Of a stretch of 24,000 nucleotides of DNA, positions 6,636 to 14,244 are shown one piece after another. The stretch is from Cyclonatronum proteinivorum (GTDB taxonomy: Bacteria > Bacteroidota > Rhodothermia > Balneolales > Cyclonatronaceae). The first letter of the stretch is position 1, and each line of letters begins with the position of its first letter. Where the stretch lies: NCBI RefSeq assembly GCF_003353065.1, contig NZ_CP027806.1:754997-778996 (forward strand), read 5' to 3'. A model generated the notes under the pieces. The model saw only the letters and a program-made list of their open reading frames with translations. It was not told the origin of the DNA and ran no database searches. The position numbers and the translations under genes are program-made.

Positions 6636-7064
6636 AGACCCGCTCTATAGCAAGCGTTTCGTGCTGACCGGTTCAGGCTATTTGATGAACATCAACGTTG
6701 GTCGCCCCGCCGCACAATCGCCAAGCCGTTATAAGGCAGAAGAAAGTTCGTGCTGGGTTCGCGAATATTTAAGAGAAAGATTCTGTCAGTCCTTTAGTAC
6801 TTTACACAACACGCGTAAATCATTAATCGTATTAGTCAATACAACGTAGGTAGAGAAATTAAAACACCAAAAAGCGGTGATGTTAATGGAAACTGAATTC
6901 AACTGGTTGTATTTTTATTCTTTTCTGGTGTTCTGTGCTAATCGCATGGTTACTTGGCAGAAACGTACCCTCAGCACGAGATTATGAAGGGTGTAGTGAG
7001 TTATGGTCTGATGACTATTTCTGTGATTAGGATTGAATAAGCCAAGTGATGTTATGGAAAAAAA

Positions 7065-8540
7065 ATGAGCGATGAATTAGCAATTCCCGGAACACGGATA
7101 TTAAATGGTTTTTTCGGAACAGGCGAAGTTGCCGGCTTATCTGAAAACAAAGTATATATTCAATTTGACATTAAACGGAAGGCTACATTCACAGATCTAA
7201 GAATTGCTTTCAGAAAGGAGTTCGCATTTACAGATGTTGAACAAAAGCTGGCAGAAAGTCAATACACAGAGGTTCCGCTCGAAATCACAGACGATCGTAA
7301 CATCCATAAACTATGGGAATATATAGACGATAACTCAGGTATAAGCAATAATTCAACTGGTAATTCTGAAAGCTTCATCAAAAACGAATTGGATTGGATA
7401 TGCAACCTGCGAAGCACTAAGCCCATTTTACATCCGTGGCGTTATAGAAAATCAGACCAGTTGTTATGTGAACTCGTAAACAGAACCGTTTATTATTATA
7501 GTTCACACTATAAAATTGCGTTAAGAACTGAATATTCCTATGCAGATAAAAAGTTCAGGTTGAGACGTATAACTCCGGGTTTGGGCAAGGAATTGGAAGG
7601 GTTCTGTATTATGGGGACACCTTTGTACGGAATATCAAATAGCAGCAAGTCAGATGGTTTTTGGGTGATTAAGCATCATGGCGCCCCAATCACTGTTTTC
7701 GATCCCTTTTTTTCATATTCAAAATATATCTTAAAGCCCAACAAACCATTTCAATTTAAAATACTGGCCATAGCATTTGGCTGTTCCTATTCAGATTCCT
7801 CAAGTTTGATTGAGACGTACCTGGAAAAAGAGAACCACGAAATAAACACGTATTCTTTTTTGGGGAAGGTGAATGAGGTCAAAAACTATACGAGCAGTAA
7901 TATTGCAGAAAAACGATATTGCCATTCATTTTTAGAAATCAAAAACACAGGATTTGGGGCACAACATTTTATAGAAATAATGTTACCTGTCTTTTTTGAT
8001 AAAAGGTGTCCACGAGAAGGGGATTGGGTGAAAGGAAAATTATTCTTTGTTGGATTTCCTTCTCAAGCTGTTGATTGGTATGATGGTTGTGTAGTGTTAC
8101 CACGACAGTTCAATAAATTTCCCAAGTATAAACTTTGGAGAGGTTATTGCAAAAGCCTTGCACAGCAAGCTGTATCTATGTGTGATCATCTGGCAGAGCT
8201 TTGTTACCAAAACGACATAAAGGGATGTCGCATCAATATTTTGGAAAAGTATTATACCCCGGATCACTTCAATTATTCTCACAATGACAGGAACTTAAGT
8301 ATTATTCAATATTTATTTCGTTCGCTAATCAATAATTTAAAAAATGAACCATTAGAATTAGAACTTGCGGAGGTTGTGCTAAAGTTTGATTTCAAAAATC
8401 ACAATAGAGAAACTTCCTGTGTAGCTATTGCAACTGCTTTAATTAAAGATGTTAATGGGAAGGAAATTACATCAACCCACAAGCATGATTTGATATTGAA
8501 AGAACACCCTGAAACTAAAAATGTAAGAGACAAATTTTAA
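7065..8540 (+). CDS. Hypothetical protein (491 aa), orphan; the N-terminal 45 aa or so resemble a small SH3/Tudor-like beta domain
   Basis: Long intact AT-rich ORF followed by a strong terminator. The N-terminus GTRILNGFFGTGEVAGLSENKVYIQFD resembles the G..V.H..FG.G.V....V.F pattern of the UvrD/PcrA C-terminal domain. The rest is rich in aromatic residues and Cys, with no motif I recognise. Confidence 0.7.
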   Translation: MSDELAIPGTRILNGFFGTGEVAGLSENKVYIQFDIKRKATFTDLRIAFRKEFAFTDVEQKLAESQYTEVPLEITDDRNIHKLWEYIDDNSGISNNSTGNSESFIKNELDWICNLRSTKPILHPWRYRKSDQLLCELVNRTVYYYSSHYKIALRTEYSYADKKFRLRRITPGLGKELEGFCIMGTPLYGISNSSKSDGFWVIKHHGAPITVFDPFFSYSKYILKPNKPFQFKILAIAFGCSYSDSSSLIETYLEKENHEINTYSFLGKVNEVKNYTSSNIAEKRYCHSFLEIKNTGFGAQHFIEIMLPVFFDKRCPREGDWVKGKLFFVGFPSQAVDWYDGCVVLPRQFNKFPKYKLWRGYCKSLAQQAVSMCDHLAELCYQNDIKGCRINILEKYYTPDHFNYSHNDRNLSIIQYLFRSLINNLKNEPLELELAEVVLKFDFKNHNRETSCVAIATALIKDVNGKEITSTHKHDLILKEHPETKNVRDKF

Positions 8541-8649
8541 TTTCAATATATTTATGACTTGCCAAAAGAGTAAATAGCCATCATTGAAAACCTTTAATCA
8601 AAAAATAGGTCACTTGAAATATTATTATGTCATCTCAAAACTTACTCTT

Positions 8650-8680
8650 AAAAAGCGTCCCCCGGGGCGCTTTTTTTTTG
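8650..8680. terminator. Rho-independent terminator, potentially bidirectional
   Basis: In aaaaaGCGtCCCCcGGGGCGCttttttttt the GC stem is flanked by an A-run and a T-run. It lies between the convergent 491-aa gene and the reverse-strand remnants. Confidence 0.8.
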
Positions 8681-8717
8681 CCCAAAAATCCCCCAACCCG
8701 CATCAAAAAAAATCGGG

Positions 8718-8963
8718 TCAAGTACATTTCTTGGGGAGAACTCGATAATCAAGCAAAAAGTTTTTTGAGTTGGGTTCGCAAAAACCTTTAGATTCCCATT
8801 CATCGGGGGCATAACCAGGGGGAAGCTGATTCTTCTCCACCAGATAGGTGTGTAATGTTGAAGCGATAGCGCTACCCTCTATCCGGGCCTGCTCAAAACG
8901 CTCAATTTCAAACCGGTCCAGCAAACCAGCCGGTTAAAACAAGTGCATCAATTCTTTTTCCAT
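8718..8963 (-). pseudogene. Hypothetical small gene interrupted by an in-frame TAA
   Basis: The reverse frame reads ATG(8963) MEKELMHLF, then TAA(8936-8934), then PAGLLDRFEIERFEQARIEGSAIASTLHTYLVEKNQLPPGYAPDEWESKGF... The track ORF 8718-8924 is the downstream part. Function unknown. Confidence 0.3.
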
Positions 8964-9163
8964 ACCCACAAAATAACACGAAATCAGATCCGCTCCCCAA
9001 GTATTTAACTTGATCCATTTAAAGTAGGTTTAACGATCTGCGATAGCATCATTCAGCTACTCGTATTTTGAGTGGTCTTTAAACATTTTACCGATGCCTG
9101 CACACAGCTAACAGATAGCTTTGCGAACGAGCAGCTAACCAAGGCCTCAAAAGATCAGCGCAC

Positions 9164-9462
9164 CTAATTATCTTTATTCGGATCATCCGGCAGCTGTTGC
9201 CGAACGTGCCAAATCGTGAGCATATCAATCTGAAGGGGCTTTATTTCATAAACTAACCGATAATTTCCGTGTATGATTTCTCTGATTTCAGGTCTTCGGA
9301 ACTCGGGTACCATTCTGCCCGATTGTGGTGCGCAGCCAATTGCTGGCAAAGTTCAAAGGCACCCTGTGCCCATTTTACGGCGGCCTGAATATCATCCGCT
9401 GCAATGTAGTCGGTGCACGCTTCAACCCGATCCAAAAACCGTTCGGTAAAATTAGCTTCACT
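9164..9462 (-). pseudogene. parE: ParE/RelE-family toxin gene with two frameshifts
   Basis: The GTG start overlaps the antitoxin stop (GTGA). It reads VKLI, then shifts frame into FTERFLDRVEACTDYIAADDIQAAVKWAQGAFELCQQLAAH, then shifts again into PQSGRMVPEFRRPEIREIIHGNYRLVYEIKPLQIDMLTIWHVRQ. Joined together these match the ParE pattern (...YIA.D...AA......L...P..GR.VPE....IRE...G.YR..Y......I.I..V.H..). The track shows it as two overlapping 60-61 aa ORFs. Confidence 0.75.
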
Positions 9463-9718
9463 TTTTCAGGTGATTTTCAATACGTGCTTTGGCTTCGTCC
9501 ATGGTGTATGTTATCCCTTGTTCGACCTGTTGTTTTGCTTCGAGCAGGTCCTCAAGCAGCGCCAGCTTTTTTGAGATGCGCTCAAATTCGCCTATGTCCA
9601 TCAGCACCGCTGCCCCCTTGCCATGTTGCGTAAGTATGATCGGCTGTTTGTCTTTCTTCAGGCGTTTGATGAAATCAGCGGATTTCTTCCGAAACTCAGA
9701 AACCGGTTCAATATCCAT
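9458..9718 (-). CDS. Phd/YefM-family antitoxin (86 aa)
   Basis: MDIEPVSEFRKKSADFIKRLKKDKQPIILTQHGKGAAVLMDIGEFERISKKLALLEDLLEAKQQVEQG... is a typical Phd/YefM N-terminal fold sequence. I prefer the ATG at 9718 to the track start at 9781. Confidence 0.8.
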   Translation of the reverse strand: MDIEPVSEFRKKSADFIKRLKKDKQPIILTQHGKGAAVLMDIGEFERISKKLALLEDLLEAKQQVEQGITYTMDEAKARIENHLKK

Positions 9719-10185
9719 TGCAGTACATTTAAAATATTTTTTGTGTACTGGAAAGGAACTAAACAAGGCTCGCACACACAACTGAAGACGGTCTGCTGCA
9801 GCACATCCTAACTTTGCAAGCGAATGAACCCGATTTCAGGCCGTTTGGCTCATTCAGCCGTCTTTCTTTTTTGGGGGAACCCCTTGCACATCACTGGGTT
9901 TCATGCTTGTGAAAAATCCCAAACCGGCGGTGCACCCCGTGCTTTTTGAGGTTAGCGCTCCCTGTCAAAGTCTCGCAGCGGGGCTTTCAGAAGTACTGCT
10001 GAACTATGGGAGATTCGGTTTGTGAACAGGAAACATGAAATAAGCTACGACTTTTGGTAATGTACTCTGAGCCATTACAAAATCCCACAAAAAAACCGCC
10101 CGTTTTTTTGAAGTCGGTTTCGTCCATGCTACCTTCCTTTAAATCCATCCACCTCACCATTCCATAAATCAATCCCACCAATACC

Positions 10186-11067
10186 ATGAAAATCGCAGCC
10201 CTCCAAATGAACAGCCAACCTGATCTCGAACACAATCTGCGGCAGGCTTTTGAGCTGGTTGAATCTGCGGCGGGGGAGGGGTGTTCGCTGATTGGGCTGC
10301 CGGAGAATTTTGCCTGGCTGAGTGATGAGCGTTTGATGACGGATCAGGTGCGGGAGGTGAGCGCGGCTGTTTTGGAGCAGGTGCCGCAGTGGGCAAAACA
10401 TTTTGGAGTTTATGTGCTGGCTGGCGGTTATCCGGTGCCGGCAGGTGGAGACTCGGGTAAGGTGTTTAACCGTGCGCAGCTTTTTGGTCCGGAAGGTCAG
10501 GTTCTGGCGACCTATGACAAGATGCACCTGTTTGACGTGATCGTTTCCGAAGAGGAGAAGTATCTGGAGTCGGGCTACGTGCAGGCGGGCGAAGCGGTGC
10601 CGGTTACAGCCCGGATTTTCGACCGGTTTGGGAAGTCATCCCCCGAAACCAAAAACAAAGCCAAAATCCAACAGGCACAAAAAAAGCCCGAAAGTTTGAC
10701 CCTCGGGCTTTCCATTTGTTACGATCTGCGCTTTCCGGAGTTGTACCGGGCACTGACGCAGGCCGGGGCAGAACTGCTGTGTGTGCCCTCGGCTTTCACC
10801 CAAAAAACGGGGGAAGCGCACTGGCATACGCTGCTTCGGGCAAGGGCGATCGAAAATACGGCCTATGTGATAGCGCCGGCGCAGACCGGACTTCACGGTA
10901 AAAAAAGACAAACGTACGGTCATGCCCTGATTACCGATCCGTGGGGGCGTGTCATTGCCGAGGCGGCTGATGGCGCGAAAACCGCCGTCATAGCCGAAGT
11001 CGAGCCGCAGCTTCTTGCCGAAATCAGATCAAAGCTGCCCTGCCTTACGCACCGTCGGCTGACCTAA
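10186..11067 (+). CDS. Carbon-nitrogen hydrolase family protein (nitrilase superfamily, Nit/omega-amidase-like)
   Basis: The E-K-C triad context is present: GLPENF, YDKMHLFD, LSICYDLRFPELYR. The protein also carries PSAFT..TGEAHWHTLLRARAIEN and a GHALITDPWG tail. Confidence 0.9.
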   Translation: MKIAALQMNSQPDLEHNLRQAFELVESAAGEGCSLIGLPENFAWLSDERLMTDQVREVSAAVLEQVPQWAKHFGVYVLAGGYPVPAGGDSGKVFNRAQLFGPEGQVLATYDKMHLFDVIVSEEEKYLESGYVQAGEAVPVTARIFDRFGKSSPETKNKAKIQQAQKKPESLTLGLSICYDLRFPELYRALTQAGAELLCVPSAFTQKTGEAHWHTLLRARAIENTAYVIAPAQTGLHGKKRQTYGHALITDPWGRVIAEAADGAKTAVIAEVEPQLLAEIRSKLPCLTHRRLT

Positions 11068-11073
11068 AGTAAG

Positions 11074-11478
11074 TTATGCCGAAAGGAGTGGCTTGATGGC
11101 TTCGTGTTCGCTGAGTTTAGCGACCTGCTCTTTCACAACCGGTTTCGTGAAGTAATCTATCACCATGGGGTAGCTTTCGGCCCGCTCGCGGTCCGGATTA
11201 TCTACCGATGAGGTAATCATCACCACATAGAGCTTTGATTTCAGGTTTGCGGCGAGGTAGCCGTCCATAAATCCCCAGCCGTCCATAACGGGCATGTTGA
11301 TATCAAGGAGGGCAAGGTAGGCGATGTCGTCTGCGTCGTTTTCGATAATGTGATCAAGCGCCAGCTTTCCGTTCAGGAATTTCTTGGCGTCATTATGAAG
11401 TCCGGCCCTTGATACAAGGGTTTTGTGCAGCATAAGGGTGATTTGATCGTCATCAATGACTAAAACTTCAAATCTCAT
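11074..11478 (-). CDS. Single-domain response regulator (CheY-like receiver)
   Basis: VLVIDDD..., LALLDINMPVMDG (phospho-acceptor Asp context) and VVMITS are present; 134 aa with no output domain. Confidence 0.9.
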   Translation of the reverse strand: MRFEVLVIDDDQITLMLHKTLVSRAGLHNDAKKFLNGKLALDHIIENDADDIAYLALLDINMPVMDGWGFMDGYLAANLKSKLYVVMITSSVDNPDRERAESYPMVIDYFTKPVVKEQVAKLSEHEAIKPLLSA

Positions 11479-11602
11479 AGGCTAAGTTTTCTGTACTGTT
11501 AGGTGATGAAACGCTCTGAGGCCGGAGGTGGAGGTCAGCTCGTGCATAATATAGATAAAGTAAGGCTGCGCAGCTTTATGGTTTTTGTTGAAGAGAAAAA
11601 TT

Positions 11603-11961
11603 GAGACTGCCTGTAAGCCGAATTCTGTGCCCTTATGGAATAAGGGTGGTAATCATTTATCTGGGATGCCGGTCACCCGGCACCTCAAGCGGCCTACCCG
11701 GCAGCATAGCAACCGGTGGTGCATACTGCCTGCTTGGCCTTGCACCCCGTGAGGTTTACCCTGCCGCTTTAGTCGCCTAAAGCGCGGTGGGCTCTTACCC
11801 CACCATTTCACCCTTACCCCGGCAAGCCGGGGCGGTATATTTTCTGTGGCACTGTCTGTATCCGCCATGAGGCGGACCCTTCCTGTTAGGAAGCACGGAA
11901 CCGGTAGGTGTTCGGACTTTCCTCCTTCTGAACAAGCAAAAGGCGATTACCCGGCAGCCTC
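11603..11961 (-). ncRNA. rnpB: RNase P RNA, bacterial type A
   Basis: The reverse strand reads GAGGCUGCC...GGAGGAAAGUCCGAAC...ACAGAAAAUAUACCGCC...GGUAAGGGUGAAAUGGUGGGGUAAGAGCCCACC...GGGUAAACC...AGAUAAAUGAUUACC...ACAGAAUUCGGCUUACAGGCAGUCUC. P1 pairing joins the 5' GAGGCUGCC and the 3' GGCAGUCUC. The track ORF 11653-11868 lies inside this RNA and is spurious. Confidence 0.95.
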
Positions 11962-12069
11962 AATAAACAGCAAAAAATAAAGAACGCTAATGTTTTCAGG
12001 ATGGCTTCAGCAAAGCGAGCAGTTGCGCAATAAATGTGCTGTAGCTCGTGAGCGTTTCAAGATAAGGAC

Positions 12070-12801
12070 TTAAACGCCTATCTTTTTCGCATTTTCGAAG
12101 AACTCAGGATCTACGACGATACGTCCGCTGTTTTCATCGATGACGATCTTGTCTTTGCGGCGAACTTCCATCTGAACCTGTGGCGGCATCATCATACCCA
12201 TGCATGCGCCGTTGACCATCGGGCTTACAGCTACCCCGTTTTTAAGTCCCTTGCGGAGCCGGTTGTAGCTGCGCAGGTACCTTTGGTTGAGCGTGCTTTC
12301 AGCTTCGTCACGACGCTCCAATAATTCTTTTTCTTCCTCCTGCGTGCGGGTGATCACATCCTTGAGATTTTTTTTCATCTCTTCGAGCTCGGCTTCTTTT
12401 TCCTTGAGCTGTGCCTTGCTCACTTCAAGCTCTTCCTCTATTTCTTTGGAAAGGATTTCAATTTCCGCAATTCTGGATGTTGCATTTTCAATCAGCTGCT
12501 GCTGCGCCTCCATTTCCTTGGTCAGGGCGTCGTACTCACGGTTGTTGCGTACGGTTGACTGCTGCGTCTCGTATTTTTCGATGAGTGCGTGTGCGTCGTC
12601 TTTTTCGAGCTCAAGTTTACCATGCTCAAGCTTGAAGTCTTTGAGCTGTGCCGTATTTTTTTTGATCCGTGATTCAATACGGGCGATATCGGTCTCGTGA
12701 TCTGCAATGTCTTCGGGCAGATCGCCGCGCATGCGTTTCAGTTCATCAAGTTTTGAGTCAATATACTGAAGGTTAACCAGTTGTTGTATAATGTCGCGCA
12801 T
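12070..12801 (-). CDS. COG1579-type coiled-coil protein (normally with a C-terminal zinc ribbon), conserved partner of NIF3
   Basis: MRDIIQQLVNLQYIDSKLDELKRMRGDLPEDI... is followed by a long coiled coil and a C-terminal ...GACMGMMMPPQ...DENSGRIVV. I prefer the start at the ATG at 12801, 8 nt after the NIF3 stop, rather than the track start at 12885, which overlaps NIF3. Confidence 0.8.
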   Translation of the reverse strand: MRDIIQQLVNLQYIDSKLDELKRMRGDLPEDIADHETDIARIESRIKKNTAQLKDFKLEHGKLELEKDDAHALIEKYETQQSTVRNNREYDALTKEMEAQQQLIENATSRIAEIEILSKEIEEELEVSKAQLKEKEAELEEMKKNLKDVITRTQEEEKELLERRDEAESTLNQRYLRSYNRLRKGLKNGVAVSPMVNGACMGMMMPPQVQMEVRRKDKIVIDENSGRIVVDPEFFENAKKIGV

Positions 12802-12809
12802 AAGGTAAC

Positions 12810-13865
12810 TTAGAGGGTTGTATGGGGATTTACTGAAACTGTGTTGCCTGATTTGGCAGGCCATCCCTGCATGGGGTTGGTGCAAACGCTTGTGCTGATG
12901 ACCTGCACGTCCGGAAAAGCGGAAGCGAGTTTTTGCTGCATAGCGGCAATAATGGGGGCCTCGGTTTCATAATGACCGGCGTCAATCAGGAGGAAACCTT
13001 TGGGTACAAAAAAGTCGTGGTACTTGATGTCGGCGGTTATAAAGGCCTGTGCGCCGGATTGCTGTGCCTTGCGAATCAGAAAACTGCCGGAGCCGCCGCA
13101 TACGGCAACTTTTTTTATGGCATCGGCCTCGCCTGAAAACCGGAGTCCGCTGCTGCCCAGCTTAGCTGCTACGTGATCTAAAAATGCCTGCTGCGTCATG
13201 GGCGACGTTGTTTTGCCGAGGGCACCGAAGCCGTACAGGGGGGAAGAGGATTCAAGCGCCACAATATCAAAAGAATGCGGGGCGCCGTCGAGGATTTGAA
13301 GCAGCCGGCTGCGTAATTCATTCAGCACATATACATCAGCGTTGAAGCGGGCTACGCTGATATTCATTTCCTCTTCAGACCAGCCGCAGTCCAGATCGAC
13401 ATTGCGGATAGCGGCTGATACCTCCGGTTTCAGCGCGGCGGGGAAACGGAAGATGACGCGTTTCATCGTCTTGTAGCTGTCGTCGAGCATGCTGATGTCC
13501 GTTAGCTCCAGGGTTTGGGCGAGCGCAAAGGAAACGCCGTCACGGGCTGCGTCGAGGTTGGTATGCGCAGCAATCACGCTGATGTTGTTCCGAATCAGGC
13601 TGTGGATAAGTGCGCCGGTTTCATCCGTCGTGACAACCCGTTTCAGTTTCGGGAAAATAAGGGGATGATGGGCGCAGATAAGCTGACAATTCCGGGCAGC
13701 AGCTTCATCAATCACGTCTGCCGTTACATCGAGGCAGCATAAAATTCCGGTTACGGGCTGATTGGGATTTCCGATGAGCAGGCCGGTATTGTCGTAGTCC
13801 TGTTTGGTAGCATTTGGGGCCCAGTGCTCGAAAAAATCGGAAATATGTCGGGTCAGCACGTTCAT
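12810..13865 (-). CDS. Nif3-like dinuclear metal centre protein (GTP cyclohydrolase 1 type 2 homologue)
   Basis: ...DYDNTGLLIG..., ICAHHPLIF, AAHTNLDA and C-terminal ...FITADIKYHDF......IDAGHYETE are present; 351 aa with a central insert domain. Confidence 0.9.
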   Translation of the reverse strand: MNVLTRHISDFFEHWAPNATKQDYDNTGLLIGNPNQPVTGILCCLDVTADVIDEAAARNCQLICAHHPLIFPKLKRVVTTDETGALIHSLIRNNISVIAAHTNLDAARDGVSFALAQTLELTDISMLDDSYKTMKRVIFRFPAALKPEVSAAIRNVDLDCGWSEEEMNISVARFNADVYVLNELRSRLLQILDGAPHSFDIVALESSSPLYGFGALGKTTSPMTQQAFLDHVAAKLGSSGLRFSGEADAIKKVAVCGGSGSFLIRKAQQSGAQAFITADIKYHDFFVPKGFLLIDAGHYETEAPIIAAMQQKLASAFPDVQVISTSVCTNPMQGWPAKSGNTVSVNPHTTL

Positions 13866-14244
13866 CAGGGCGATAGTCGCTTTCCGGTTTGATCCGCTGC
13901 TAATAAAGCGGATAGGGTGAGCGGCTGACTTTGAGAAGCAATTTTCAATCGTGCTGCGGTAATCATGCAGGTTTCAAAGAAAATGAGAATGTAATGCAGA
14001 TTTGAAAAATACGACGAATTTGAGTTTAGTCCAATCTTTATATTGGTTATGTCCTTAGCCCGCATTATTCACGATGAAAAGGATTTGATTACCCGAGTGA
14101 TAGTTTAAATTTAGCTTAGCCTTGCCAGCAAGAAAATTTCTTGGTGAATAATGCGGGTTAGCCCAATAAACGCAATCTGAATGTTTGCTAAACACGGGCC
14201 GTTTTAGAGTACCTATCCCAACTCCACCAATTTAAAGATCAATC

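Noticed and set aside
6684-6733. Possible third attC: GATGAAC ... GTTATAA with AACG/TTGG/CG pairing
   Set aside because: It is only about 50 nt long and its outer boxes are not complementary beyond AAC/GTT. Its architecture also differs from the two 132-bp elements, which have 1-2 nt and 5-6 nt spacers.
6979-6994. GATTATGA, matching 8 nt of the terminal box expected for the third cassette (GGATTATGATTAAC)
   Set aside because: No AAC follows and there is no adjacent palindrome. An 8-mer match is expected by chance in a window of this size.
8649-8656. TAAAAAGC as a third copy of the motif that starts elements A' and B'
   Set aside because: Here it is simply the A-run and first stem bases of the rho-independent terminator.
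9806-9870. TCCTAAC box followed by a gaatga/tcattc hairpin as a candidate terminal attC
   Set aside because: The stem is weak, there is no GTT box on the 3' side (GTC instead), and it is not complementary to the start of the third cassette.
11653-11868. 71-aa ORF on the reverse strand
   Set aside because: It lies inside the RNase P RNA gene, whose conserved sequence blocks explain the region fully.
12026-12039. 14-mer tgcgcaataaatgt shared with 2946-2959 (the hairpin after the recombinase)
   Set aside because: A single 14-nt coincidence is about what chance predicts for 24 kb compared with itself, and the flanks show no similarity.
12287-12700. 137-aa Ser-rich ORF on the + strand
   Set aside because: It is the antisense shadow of the Glu/Lys-rich coiled-coil gene, since GAA/GAG/AAG repeats read as Ser/Phe/Leu on the other strand.
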